Part shown: positions 1-12,799 of the stretch, in pieces
Position numbering within the stretch: position 1 is the first letter of the stretch
Layout of the letters: each line of letters opens with the position of its first letter
Source of the DNA: Phoronis australis
Taxonomy: Eukaryota > Animalia > Phoronida
Direction of reading: 5' to 3'
Assembly: GCA_002633005.1 (NCBI GenBank)
Contig: NMRA01000560.1
Location: 203,123-267,122 of the forward strand
Length of the DNA stretch: 64,000 nt
Translations under genes and position numbers: made by a program
Notes under the pieces: generated by a model
Told to the model about the DNA's origin: nothing
The model's database searches: none
What the model saw: the letters and a program-made list of their open reading frames with translations, nothing else

Positions 1-438
1 GGGGGGGGGGGGGCGGGCCCCCTGGGCCCCCCCCAAATCCGCTTATGATTCTTATAGGTAACTGAAACGGTGAGTCTTTAAATTCGTGTAAGCTGTTCTC
101 TATGATCCTTAAGACAATCTAAAAGTTTCCTTATAAGATTCTATAAACGGACTTATATGGATTTATAGGCATGGCTATATAGGTATTCGACCCCGTAGGA
201 CTCTATCGATACCTACAATGTACGTGTAGGGACAATTGAAACGAAGAACCCATAGGAATTCCTCATAGGATATCATGAAGATATTCATGTAAGAGTCAAT
301 AAGTAATCTTACACGCCTATTGGAATTATGTAGTTGTCTCGGGTAATTTCAAATGACATTCCTATAAATTAGGCTCTATAGAATATATCTATATGAACTT
401 ATAGGAAAGCTTGTAGCTGACCGTTCTGATAGCTTATA

Positions 439-1324
439 CAGGGTGTTCCATCGAAACGGGAACTCCGTGTAAAACAGATATCCCGGAGTCAAAAGCAGAC
501 TCCCGCACCTTCAAAACAGCTAACCAGCCCGAAAACCACGAACCCTGGCCTTTAAAACATGAACCCCGGGGATTGGACAGGACATCCGGGGACCGAAACA
601 TCACTCCCGTGCTTTCTGTCATACACGGTTTGGTGAAAAATAAATCTTTAAATAGTTGTGATGTGTCGTTTTACTATATGAGAATTTTAGACGAAATTGG
701 CGTTCTACATTATTCTGCTGCTAAAGTTGTGGTGCGATCTTTTGCCTCGGCTTTCGGCGCCATGAAATATTGCGGCACCACTTGGCCTGTTTCTTTTTCC
801 CAATTCTTCAATCAACTGCTCTTTTTCTACAAGGTTGCGTACATTTCACAACAAATTAATCAATACTGCCACTCGAAAGTCTAAATAATATTTTTATTTT
901 TCATTTTTGAAAGTATTTTGGAGAAACTACTGAATAATGTGAAATCAACTAAATATTCATCGAAACAACGTGTTGAACTTTGTCCACATACAAGTTGCAC
1001 GAGTTTTACCAATAAAAATCAAATAACAAAGTCAATATAACATAAGTAAACCTTTTATTATTGACAATGTTTAACAAACAAATGCAGAAAACAACTGGAA
1101 AGTACTTGAAGATGTTTTAACTCAAAGTTGGAAGCTACTGACAACGGTCTCAGAAAAGTTGAAAAATTGTCCGGGTTTCCTGTCAGATTACCGGGGCTCC
1201 TGTTTTAATGGTCAGGGTTCGTGTTTCGCGGGCTGGTTAGCCGTTTTGAAGATGCGGGAGTCTGTTTTCGACTCCGGGATATCTGTTTTACACCGGGGTT
1301 CCTGTTTCGATGGACCAGACCCTG
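439..1324. mobile_element. Non-autonomous TIR element (MITE, hAT-like CAGGG...CCCTG ends) with long imperfect TIRs
   Basis: 439-~575 (cagggtgttccatcgaaac...cccggagtc...gaaccccgg) is the reverse complement of ~1190-1324 (...gtttcgatggaccagaccctg). Flanks agcttata/agcaagaa match only partly, so no TSD is confirmed. Confidence 0.7.
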
Positions 1325-2603
1325 AGCAAGAACGTTGTAGTCTTATTGACGATATTGCAGCATTTGTTAGATTAATATGCAGCGACCCTAACGGACGCAA
1401 TAGTAACTTTTGACAGTTCATAATCTACACATGTTGCACACGTTTCCAAAAAATGATTACCAGGAACCTGTTTTTAGCTTTCTAGAATCAGCAAAGCGAC
1501 ACTGGTGTGCATTGTGCTTTTATTGTCTGCAACTTTCAGCTGCTCAACTACTCGAACAGAATGTACCGGTATCTTTTGGCAATACTCGCCAATGCTCCCC
1601 AGCAATGCAAATACTTGTTTAATCAAACGGTGTCACGGGGTGTTAAATAACAATCAACTTTATTCACATTCCGCAATCCACGAATCAAAGGCGATGAACC
1701 CTCGCGTACCATTTTGTCACTCGTGGCACGGTCTTGTCTTAGCTTATTTCATTCACGATTATTTTGTTCCACATTCAGTCTTTCGATATTGCATCTTGCA
1801 CTCTTCGGCCCGCGCTTTCAGATCCAAGGAAAATTCTTGTTTGTTATTGAATTCAAAGTATTATCGTAATCCGCCCCTTTCGTCTCTCGTTGCATCTAGT
1901 GTTGTCAGCATCACAGGTTTCAATTAGGCTCATCGCGTTGCCGTAATTAATTACAACAGGAAATTTACTATCAGATGCCGTCGTTCATCTGATCAGTGTA
2001 GGTGCGCAATGAAGCTTGACTATAAGTAAACCATTGTGGTCACGGATCTGTGTTCTGATTTGATAATAGGCAGCTGTTTTTCAGAAAGATACATTGAAGA
2101 TCAGCCATGCTACCTTAAAAAGGATGCATGTGAAGACAATGCAGTAACTATCAAGTATCGCCGTTACAATAGCAACGTGTATTAAGTTTAGTGCGTATAG
2201 TTTTCGCGAGTAGTCGTGGGAGATACATCGAGACGTGTTGAGGTAGCCGTGTCATCGCCGAAAACACGTATTAGGAAATTACCTGTTCACTCAGTATCAG
2301 AATCCTCGCCGAACTGTCACAGCTACAGCTGTCACCAGACTTTACATGAATACATGGGGTACATAATAAACTAGCTATTTCGTTAACGCTTGGCAATGGA
2401 TACTCAACGTCGCCACTGACCAGTCGTTGTATTCGAAATTAAATTGTCAGCAAAAGTTCTAATTAGTTCACCCACTGAGGCCGATTCTGACAAGATCGTG
2501 GTGATCAATGTTAAGGACGCCGGTAGCATGGCCCAGTTGACGGAACGGACGTATTTGCTGATCCTTCGAGACGCATTCTGACAAAATCGTGCAGATCAAT
2601 GTT

Positions 2604-3596
2604 ATGGCCGCATGTAACGTCACATTATCTACGGAACAGAGAAATACAAATTTTGAGGGTGTTCCTCAATGGGCGACGGTATTGGCGCTGGCGATTTATA
2701 TGTTTACAGGAATTGTTGGAACTGTTGGAAATGGACTGACTGTAATTGTTATAAGTATTAACAAAAAACTTCAGAGAAAACACAATGTTTACATAGCCAA
2801 TTTGTCAATAGCTGACATGCTCGTGTGCGCAGTCGTGTGTCCTTCTCATATTTCATGGATAGTAAAAAGAGAAAAGCCTGACCATGTATTTTGCGCCTTT
2901 GTAGCCCAGTTTTCAACATGTAGCATGCTTGTGTCTGTACTAAGTATGTGTCTTATTGCCGTTAATCGCTACGTCAAAATTGTTAAATCTGTCGCCCTTT
3001 ACGCAAAAATTTTCACTAAACGAAACGTCTGCATCAGTGTCATTGTCATGTGGCTCTATGCAGTAATAGTGTCGTCACTTCCGTTGATGGGTTTTGGAAA
3101 ATACGGCTTTTATGCGAAAAGTTTGTCATGCTCCTATACTGATGACGACTTAAACTTTTGGTTTATTGTTGTCATTTTGTTTTGCGTTAATTTGATCCCC
3201 ATACTGTGCCTAACTTCCGCCAGCTACTTGATCATAATACGTCACTTTCGAAAGGTAAATATTGCTGCCCAAGCACGTGACTCGCACAGAATGTCAGTTT
3301 CAAGTACCGCAGCTTCTTCGAACACAGGTTTACGACTTCAGCAGAACACCAAGGCATTTACCATTGTAAAGAATTTACTGTCTGTTTATTTGTTATTTAT
3401 AATATTTTGGACACCGATAGCTATAATTGTCACATTTCTTGATTATATGCCAACGTCGGTGGCCCCAATATTTGCGGCTTTACTCTTAACTAACTCCAGT
3501 GTGAATTTCTTTGTCTACGCAGGAATGAACAAAGCTTTCCTTAAGGCGTACGTGAACTTAGCATTGCTCAAATGGAATCAATTACGAAACGATTAG
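2604..3596 (+). CDS. Intronless rhodopsin-family (class A) GPCR, melatonin-receptor-like
   Basis: Seven hydrophobic segments; TM1 GTVGN, TM2 NLSIAD, TM3 NRY in place of DRY, TM4 W..P, TM6 FWTP, TM7 NSSVNFFVY. First ATG is at 2604 (ORF track starts at GTG 2589). Confidence 0.92.
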   Translation: MAACNVTLSTEQRNTNFEGVPQWATVLALAIYMFTGIVGTVGNGLTVIVISINKKLQRKHNVYIANLSIADMLVCAVVCPSHISWIVKREKPDHVFCAFVAQFSTCSMLVSVLSMCLIAVNRYVKIVKSVALYAKIFTKRNVCISVIVMWLYAVIVSSLPLMGFGKYGFYAKSLSCSYTDDDLNFWFIVVILFCVNLIPILCLTSASYLIIIRHFRKVNIAAQARDSHRMSVSSTAASSNTGLRLQQNTKAFTIVKNLLSVYLLFIIFWTPIAIIVTFLDYMPTSVAPIFAALLLTNSSVNFFVYAGMNKAFLKAYVNLALLKWNQLRND

Positions 3597-6588
3597 ATGA
3601 GAAACAACGTCTTCATTCTCAAATATACCGACATCAGTATACAGTCCTACTACGATTGAAGAACAGGTGTAATCCTGTCTTATTTTATTGAAAGAATAGC
3701 AACTATTTCAAATGATGGGATGTAATTCCTTCGATCATCAAAAAGAAAGTCCTCGCCACAGCGTCAGAATAAATATTGATTAAGTAATTAGTAAAAATGG
3801 ATCCATTTTAAGCTGCCCAAAATTTGTGCATATGTACTTTTAAATCATTAAAAGGCTCCTCGAGTACAATAGCATGCATTTTTAACGAAATTTAATTCAT
3901 GAATAAAGTCTATATCAAAAATCACATCTTTGTTATTCTTTCACACTTTTGTAAAAAAACGTTTTTCCAATGTTCATTCCTATTTGCTAACGCGCGTCTG
4001 GCGTCACTGAGGCTGTACCGATCGCATAAATTAAGCTTATTACATGTACATGTATGTGTATAGCTCATTGGGTGAATGCCTCTCGGCTACAGAACTGTGC
4101 TTTGTGTGTATAAGTCGTCTGCGATCTCGGCTCTCAAAAGTTCGTAATACAAGTTAACTGCCGTGTAGTGTTGACTATCAGTGGAACTACGCCGTTCTCG
4201 CGCATCAGGCCAGGAAAGGGCCCCGACTGCGTAGCCATGCCTTGGTGGAAACTGTGCTAATACTAAATATACAGCCGTTGCACCGACGTGAGTAAAAGCA
4301 GCTCAAATAAAATCTGACACAAAATTAGTGTCATTAAAAATTACACTCTTCCTTGAGTAAACTAAATTATTTACCGGTGTTGAAAAAATTGGCGTTCTGT
4401 CGTTCACTCTGCTGCTAGAATTTGGGTGCGATCTTTAAGGTCGGCTTTCGGCGACGTCACCTGTTGCGTTATTGGCCAGTTTCGTTCCCCGTTGTTCTTC
4501 TTTCAAGTACTGAAAGAGATCGAACTGTTCTTCGAAGTTGTGTACATGTCACAACAAATTATTAGAGGTGATTTCATTTCCTTTCAAGTTTTCAGCATTT
4601 TAATACCAGTAAACCGATTTTCATGAAACATTTTGCTCGGCCTGCCAAGCTGTCATCATCTCGATCCGACAGATTCCGCAAAATTTTAGGAAATAACGCG
4701 TGTTGAGCGAACTGTTTTCTTTGTTAAAAAAGGCTGAGAATTATGAAATAAAATAACGTTTACTAGATTGTTTTTCACTTAAACGTTTCCAGCAGGCAAG
4801 GTGAATGTCGGTTGACACCCAGATATTTGCACGCTCCCTTGCCGGTTTATAGATCTACATCTTGATATAAATTTCGCGACGAGCAGAAATACCTGGACTA
4901 TGCGAAATTTCGAAGTCTAACGGAGCTAAACACACACTGCTACTGGTACCTAGCTGTATTTTGAAGATAATCTTCATACAGCTATCTGGCTCGCTAGGCC
5001 CCGGGATCAATCAACGCCAAAGGAAAGAAAAATGAAACAGGTTGTGAGTATGCACATGTTGATCTGTCGACTGGACTATGTACTCGCACGGCTGATTACC
5101 TTTTACCTCTTTGTGATGTACACCCTCAGTGACGCTACGAAAAACGACGCTTGCAGCGGGGCTTTACGGAACTAATACATTTTTACTTTTCAAAGTAAAA
5201 AAAGAAAAATACTGTGCACTATTTAGGAATATGTGGATGACAGTAACCAACCTTGATACTTTCAAAATTCATATTAAAACTCTGAAACATGTAGTTCAGG
5301 CCTCTTAACGGCGAAGTATATTTTTAGATGGTGTTTCCATTTTGGTTCTGGGGTCAAAGCACTCTAGAGATTCTAGAAATTTCTGAGAGCAAATAGCTAC
5401 AGCCAATGATATGATTAGATAAGATTATGCGGTTTTATTAGCCAATCACAAAATAAGTAGAATGTTATACTTTGGGCTAAAATCAAGAAGACATTCAGAT
5501 GTGTTATAGTAGTTGGAAGCATAAAGACACAGAGCCATCTCGTGGAATATTCTGAAGAGGATCTTGGCAAGGGCAAGGGTTGACGAACAGGAAGTCAACT
5601 AAGAGCTTGTCAATTGCATCGTGGGTAGTAAGATACCACTTGAAGTGTTGCGACTGTGACCATCAAGTGGATTGTCGTAATACAGTGTGTGTAGTTCGAA
5701 GATTCACTAACAGGACAGCCATCCAACAAATGGAGACTACCAGCTTGGATAGCAGATAAGATATTTGATTATTTTGATTGATTGATTCAAGTAATCATTC
5801 AAGAGGGTGCTAGCGTAGTTACTCTTCTTTGTAGTTGATTACTTAATTTTCAACAAGGTTTCATTTGTTTAATTAGTGGTTATCAAATAATAAATTAATT
5901 ACTGGATTTAATCATTCTCTCTCCATCTGCGCACAATTTCAAACCATAGCTACCTTTAAAAACCCACAGTCAATATCTGACACACAGACGATTCGAATGC
6001 CGTATTGTTTGTTTTTGCAAGCTCGCATTTGTGTGTTCTGTGCTATTGTATTTATGCTCACATGTGCCGATTTTTAAAATGCAATTTTTCAACCCATTAT
6101 CTGTCGTGCCAAAATTTCGAGTTGTTTGAGACTCTAGGTACTCTGGTATACCGCCAGGCGATATTGAGCGGCCAGGATTTGAATACATCATCATATCTCG
6201 AAGGTCACATCGCCAGGTAGTAAAAAGATATTTAGAGACTGGAGCGAGTTTTGCCTTGAAACACCTCTGAATCAGACATGCTTGCAAATCAAGAATATTC
6301 TATTTTCCTTTGTACAAGATTATCATCAACTTCTCAATAATAAACAAACTTTCTTCTATCAACTATGTCCTCTTCGTTATTGCAACTACCAGCCATTGGA
6401 AATACTTTTTAGTTCGTTTAGTACTTCTGCTGTTGTAAGGTCCCGTTCAAGTACCAATTGACTGATGGATATTTGAGTTTTAATATGAAGCCAAACTGTT
6501 GTCAGAACCGTGCAAAATGGGAGAATCATCAAACAATAACATAAAAATTCTGCCAATGAAGTTTTAGATGTTATACACAGTCCAATAA

Positions 6589-7745
6589 AGGTGCACTCTA
6601 CCGATGTTTTGAATGATTCGTTTTCGTTTGTACGTAACCACGGAATGTGTCGAGATGCTTTATGTGTTTTCCCACCTGGTGCTGTTGTGAATTAAATTTT
6701 CCCAAACACAATACAGGTCAGTGAAGCATATTAAAATCATGTGAGTCAACCCGTTTCTTTGCAAGCGCGATAGTATATTGTTGACTGCCGGGTTGCTCCG
6801 CCAGCGTAACGAGAAAGTGGTACAATATTCCACAGGTTTCCAAATGACTCAAGAGTGCTTCGACTCTGATCAGCAAAAATTGAAAAGCGTATAGTAAACA
6901 ACTATAGATCTTTTTGTTTCTCAGTACAGTGAATATGACTTTTCGACGTCACGGTTAAAATAGCAATGGCTGCATACCTGGGAAGGGGAAACAGGTAGAA
7001 CAAGTAGTGGTGGGTGTAGACAACACATGTCGCAGGCAGTCTCTTGAAACAAAAGCCGTTTCTGAGGAAGAATCTAGAAAAGAGGTGATAATGAGTCCCG
7101 GATGTTGGCTTCCCGTCCATCGGGCAAGCCCGCGCGGACACCCGCCCCACCCGACGCCTCCGGAAAAGCGCCGAGTTTTGCCGCCGCAAAACCTAGGCGT
7201 GTATTTTTTGTTAGACTTACAATATCGATTCAGAGAATGTGCTTCTTTCTAAGAGCCAGCCTAAATACTATTCGGGAGTAGTCATCCGCCACCTGCGTTT
7301 ACCGTTTACGCCTAGGTTGCGTGTTCAATATTCGGGGGTGAGAGAAATTGAAAGAACAGTGTAAACGATAAATACTTTTCCGAAACGACTGAAGCGAATG
7401 CGCGAGCTTGGCATTTTACGCGCACCCATTCGACGCCGGGCACGAATACTCCGTGTAAATCGGTCGTGCTTCCCACGGGTACTAGTGTACTGGAATCAGC
7501 TTTCGTTGTGTTTACGCAAGACATGGGAAGTTAACAAGGCAATACACGCTTAAGTTAGGAAACAAAAATACCACGTAAAAGATGTGCTGTTATCAATGCT
7601 TTTTAAATGTCATATGGTATTGTTATCATCATTTTTTGCTTTTAAATATCGCATTTCATTTTTCATTTAAAGTCCATTTTTATTTTTTCAGTATACACAA
7701 ATGTGATGGTGATAGTATTACAAAGTACATACATGTAATGTGCCT
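6589..7745 (+). mobile_element. Degraded Kolobok-like element with THAP-domain relic
   Basis: THAP-like remnant at ~6770-6890 (..PGC..; GTIFHRFPNDSRVLRL*SAKI). Possible termini AGGTGCACT.../...GTAATGTGCCT in A/T-rich flanks. Boundaries are tentative. Confidence 0.35.
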
Positions 7746-8836
7746 TTTTTACCGTACCTCAAATATATGTACAGATATACTCACGAATGTACGCTGTACT
7801 GAACAAAGTCCGCTATCAAATTCTCTTGGTACTTCTCCCATAACAGTAGAGCGTGGACTGGATTGCTGTGCGAACAGACTGTGGCAAAGATAGAACGCAT
7901 TGGCATTGGTATCTGGAATACAGCAACTTCTATGAGATACATGTCTCACGCGGCAAATGGAGTCGAATACACGCCTCTTTTAAGGTACCCGGTACTCTAC
8001 GCAGACCTTCAAATGATGTTGGGTCGTGTACATGGAGCGGAAGTGTAGCAGGGAGGGAAGGTCAATGACCTTCGGACTGGCAGAGCGGATGCGCCCAATA
8101 AAATTGTTGTAGGCCCTCTGTTCCTATTATGAAGATGAAATTTTAAACCATTAATCGAAATTTTAATCAGTTATTTACAAAAAAAGTATTTCCAGTGTTG
8201 AGTTATTTTTGTAGTACTGACAGATACATGTAAAGGAGAATTTTAAAGAAAAACAATGTAAGATCAAGTACAATTGGTAGCTTTTTTGATATGCATGTAT
8301 CAGTGTTCTCCACGGCCAGTTTTAACCTGTCGCCTCAACAGGTTTTCTGATGCTCCCCTCAGGTTTGGATAACTTGCAATCTAAAATACACCTGTAAATA
8401 TTATTTTACTAACATAATCTTTTAAGCTAGAGACACATGCATGCTCAAAACCATTCCATCTTGTAATGCATTTCTGGTCCAAAACGGAGCGTTATGTAAA
8501 CAAATGACGTTTGTTTGCCAGAATGTATTTATAGTTCGTGAATACTATATGATGTTTGTCAATAGGCTAGTAAAGTAGTCAGTGGGTTTGCAGGAAGAGC
8601 CATGATTCAACTGATCGAACGCACGCCTGATACGCGTTCGATCGATTAGTATGAGATCATGCGAAGGTAAATAATGTCTTGCTGAACGCCAGAGCACTAG
8701 ACCGCACTATAACGATAACACGGAGCTGCTTGCACTATTACGTGTACTCGTCGCGGCAAACGAAGGCAAAGCCTACGAAAACGGAAACTGGTTGAGAGCG
8801 TTTTTTGAGGAAAAAAAAGCATTTCGTTACCCCTCA

Positions 8837-9856
8837 ATGATGGAAGCTGAAAACGGTTCGTCTGTGAAACAGCCCACAGATCTAAATCAGGGCATCGTAC
8901 CTCAGTGGGCGACAGTGTTTGTGGTGATGATTTATTTATTAACCGCAGTCGTTGGAACAGTTGGAAATATGCTCACTATAATTGTTATAAGTATTAACAA
9001 AAAGCTTCAGAAAGGACATAATGTTTATATTGCCAACTTGTCAGTTGCTGACGTGTTGATATGTTCCATCGTGTGTCCTGTTCAAGTGTCTTGGATAGCT
9101 AAAGGAGAAAAGCCTGATTATGAACTGTGCATATTTATGGCTCAGTTTACAAACTGTAGTATTATTGTATCAGTGCTTAGTCTGGGTTTTATTGCTGTCA
9201 ATCGCTACATCAAAATTGTTAAACCTACTTCAGTTTATCTAAAAGTCTTCACCAAACTAAACATTGGTATCAGTTTGATTATAATGTGGCTTTGGGCTCT
9301 GATGTTGTCGTCCCTTCCGTTGGTGGGTTTTGGAAAATATGGCTTTTACACTAAAACGTTGACATGCGCTTTCACTGACGACTCTTTAAGTACAATATTC
9401 ATTGTCGTTTCGATTTGCGTTAATTTCATCCCCACCGTGTGTCTAACAGCCGTCTGTTATATTGCCGTAATACGTCATTTTCGAAAGATTCATGCTGCGG
9501 CGCAAGCTCATGGCGCGCTCACATTATCCGATTCAACTGCTGCAGACTCAAACAATGCAAGTTTGGAGTCACAGCATCACCACCATCATCATCAAACAAA
9601 CGGTAAATCATTTATTGTGGTTAAAAATGTGCTCGTGGTGTTTGTACTATTCATAGTGTTCTGGGCACCTCTAGGTACTCTAATTGCGTTGTTTGAATAC
9701 GGCTCCTTCCCAAGTTCTGTCTGTGCGTTATTAATGGCTTTGGCTACAGCAAACTCTTCAGTTAACTTCTTTGTCTATGCCGGAATGAACAATGCTTTCC
9801 GAAAGGCCTACATGAACCTTGTTACGTTCAAGTGGACGCAATTACGACACGGTTAG
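8837..9856 (+). CDS. Intronless class A GPCR, melatonin-receptor-like; tandem paralog of 2604-3596
   Basis: Shares motifs with the first receptor (VPQWATV, GTVGN, NLSVAD, NRY, SSLPLVGFGKYGFY, FWAP, NSSVNFFVYAGMN); 7-His run in ICL3; first ATG at 8837. Confidence 0.92.
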   Translation: MMEAENGSSVKQPTDLNQGIVPQWATVFVVMIYLLTAVVGTVGNMLTIIVISINKKLQKGHNVYIANLSVADVLICSIVCPVQVSWIAKGEKPDYELCIFMAQFTNCSIIVSVLSLGFIAVNRYIKIVKPTSVYLKVFTKLNIGISLIIMWLWALMLSSLPLVGFGKYGFYTKTLTCAFTDDSLSTIFIVVSICVNFIPTVCLTAVCYIAVIRHFRKIHAAAQAHGALTLSDSTAADSNNASLESQHHHHHHQTNGKSFIVVKNVLVVFVLFIVFWAPLGTLIALFEYGSFPSSVCALLMALATANSSVNFFVYAGMNNAFRKAYMNLVTFKWTQLRHG

Positions 9857-11352
9857 AGGACAATTGTTGTCTCAGATTGTCAATTACTGTCAGTGACTTT
9901 TTGGAGAATCACGAGAATGTCGTTAATACTCTCGTTTCACATCGACATATAGGAATTCGGTACTGAAATTGAACGTTGTGCGGTTTCCGGCCGGCTGTGC
10001 TCCGTTGTACTATATATTAGTGAATACTTTCAAGGAATTCCTGAACGAAAAGTAGACTTCATGAACAGTCAGAGAACGGATGAAACTGAAAGGGAAGAAT
10101 GTCCGACGTGACTGTTCCGGATTACACTGGGACACTTGAATCTTACGGTATTTACCCGCAATGCTGCGGCATCTGTCAAGCAATTCTTTAGACTCGTTTT
10201 AGTGTCATTGGAGTTTCTCATATTATTTGTTTGTACCTTGCATTGACATGTAACAACGCGTCTCCTTCCTCAATGTATTTTAACATCACTAAGGCAGTGA
10301 CTACGTGATAAACGGAACATATGTACAGTACCACACTTTTTTATTCCATGTGACAACTTCATATGAAGAGAAATAATCAACAAAGCATGAAAAATTCCGC
10401 AAAGGTCAACAGAATTTCACGAATTTCGACTCGAACAACACTTTAACAGTTGCTCGGATTTTCACACAAAACTATTTTTTTACGTGAATATTTTTTGTTT
10501 TATTTTCGTAAAAAATTTGCGAAGGCACGTGACCTTCAGGTACAGTCTTACCAGAACACTCACCATGCACGTCATAAATGTATGTACTTGTAGAGTTCAG
10601 ACATCGCGCACAAATCACAATACACGTGTTAGCTTCTCCCCACAGTTATGATGATGTTCACACATTTTCTATTCGGGAAGCGAGTTTTGTATTTCAGGTG
10701 GTTGACCGACATCGTTCAAATAGCGGGATTTTCAAATTGGCGCACTCTAGAGTAATGAGAGCGCAAAACCGAGCTCCGCTCGATCCCGACTCAGATTTGG
10801 TGGACAGAAATTCAATTACTGCATCGTGTTTCATTAATTTAAAAACATAGGGATAAATCCCATAATCAGCGCCAGCTCCCATTGCTGGATTAAGTGAAGT
10901 TCACTTATTTATTTTTGATTTTTGACATCGGCTGGGATCATAATTCCCCCGCTTTTGAGTCGTAGCTAACTGTCTTTGCAGGCACGTATTCTTCTCTCAG
11001 GGTAAGTTCAGGAGCGCGCCCTGCGCTATTGGCGCAAAAATACAATCACTGACGCGCTGTGATTGCTTAATCCAGGCCAATGGGCCTGAAAGGAAAATAA
11101 CATGTAATTCAAATTGGTCCATAAACTTGAGGACGTGTGAGTCATTTCACCCATACTCGAGTTTTTTTAATGATCAATCATCTGCCTGTTCTCCCTAGTG
11201 GGAAACGTATAGAACTTGATGCCTTATCAACGAATACATGTACTTCAAAAAATTTGCGTTTTGTCGTAAACTATTAGTACACCCAAATGCACTGCAATGG
11301 AAATTTGCCGGCTTCATGATAGAAGGAAACGTGTTGAAGCGCTGTTAATACC

Positions 11353-12457
11353 CACAGGCGCTTGGGTTCATCGCAAATGACGTCACTCATAATATATAAG
11401 AAAACATAAAGGTTGGACACTCGAAATCTGTTTGCTCAAAATTTTCTTCTCAAATGTGCACGGAACTCCACGAAACTAGCATCGAACAACTCTTAGAATA
11501 CTTTCTTTCATTCGATCTCTTCAAATTGCCTTCAAGTGGTAATTTGGCGACAAAAATGCCAAAAGAATGCCAAAATCACAAATTCAAGGACCTAATTCCG
11601 TGATGTCATGACAGAAGGGTCTTCGCACATCCGGGTTTTGACAGACGCTCCCCAGCTAAATCCGAAGTCTAATTTCGCGCCGCTTTCGCCGTCAATCCAT
11701 CGACTACTTGATCATGAGAAGCAGAGAGCACTTTATTGCCAAATAAATGTAATTACTCACATATTTGTGTCAAATATAAATCATCCTGAAACTGTATTGA
11801 TATGCGAAGTTTTTTGTGTACGGTGATTTCTTATGAAGGTTTTACTTTTGGCCAAAACCATTGAGTTAACTCGTCGGCCACGCGCATTGTAATACTTGCA
11901 CGGACTGCGTTTCCTGGCCGAGTGTGTGTTGTGCTTCAATCAAAAAAGTGCGTGATGTCAAGATGAGAAACAAGATACGCCAGTTTATGCAATAAAATTC
12001 TAAGTTAAGGGCTAAAATGAGCCGTCAGTGGAATAAAATTACAAATAATCATTAAAATACTAACTTTAACATTCTCAATTAGTTGAGTTTTGGATTAGAG
12101 TTATTGAAATATAGGTTGCTTGCTCAAACTCGAAGTTTCACCTACGTCAGGCGTACAAGTTGAAGCACAACTGAAATCCGCCATGTTTACTATTTCAGGT
12201 CCTTGAATTAAGAGTTTTGAGATTGTTTTGGAAATTCCATCGCCAATTCACCACTCACGAAGACAGTTAATGGGATCTAGGAAAGATAAGGCTTCGAAGG
12301 TTTATGCAACACCAGACTGAGGGAGGTGCACGAAGATTTTATTTGGATTTTGGACGGTTGAAGTTGGGAGCCTCGGCTTGGCAAAGTTTAAGTGTCCAAC
12401 CTTTATATTTTCTTATAATTTGAGTGACGTCATTTGCGATAAACCCAAGCGCCTGTG
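11353..12457. mobile_element. Non-autonomous DNA transposon, CAC...GTG termini, ~70-bp TIRs, perfect 8-bp TSD
   Basis: CACAGGCGCTTGGGTTCATCGCAAATGACGTCACTCA... is mirrored by ...TGAGTGACGTCATTTGCGATAAACCCAAGCGCCTGTG. TTAATACC occurs at 11345-11352 and 12458-12465. Confidence 0.9.
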
Positions 12458-12799
12458 TTAATACCAAAGGCAGAAACTTCCCGTTTGCATTGCATGAACC
12501 CTGTAGGTGGCACTGAAAGCCTGTCTACAAAATGTCTGATCGCCGTCTGACGGGGTAGTGAATTTTAATATGGCGCGGCCATTTCGAAAATCATCTATTT
12601 CGGTGGGACTAACCGGGGAAGACAATCAGTTGATAGGTCAAAACTGAAACTAGCGTAACCTTTTCAAAACTAATTTCATTTTTACGCTTGAAACCAATAA
12701 GAAGTGAGCACAAATTTTACACTACATTTTCCTCGACGTTACTGAACATGCTTTACTATCTCGCACGGCTGTCTAGATTTCGAGTTCGTTCCCAAATGT

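Noticed and set aside
1-48. G-run/C-run as a regulatory G-quadruplex
   Set aside because: It is the inverted counterpart of ~37932-37975 (ataggcggatttaggggggg), i.e. the terminus of a common short repeat family.
3852-5305. Possible TTAA-flanked element; part (~4385-4560) is similar to ~693-855
   Set aside because: The dispersed similarity is real, but the terminal inverted match is too weak to set boundaries or a family.
5332-5968. Possible solo LTR (TGT...ACA with AATAAA near the 3' end)
   Set aside because: No matching TSD and no second copy in the window; cannot be supported.
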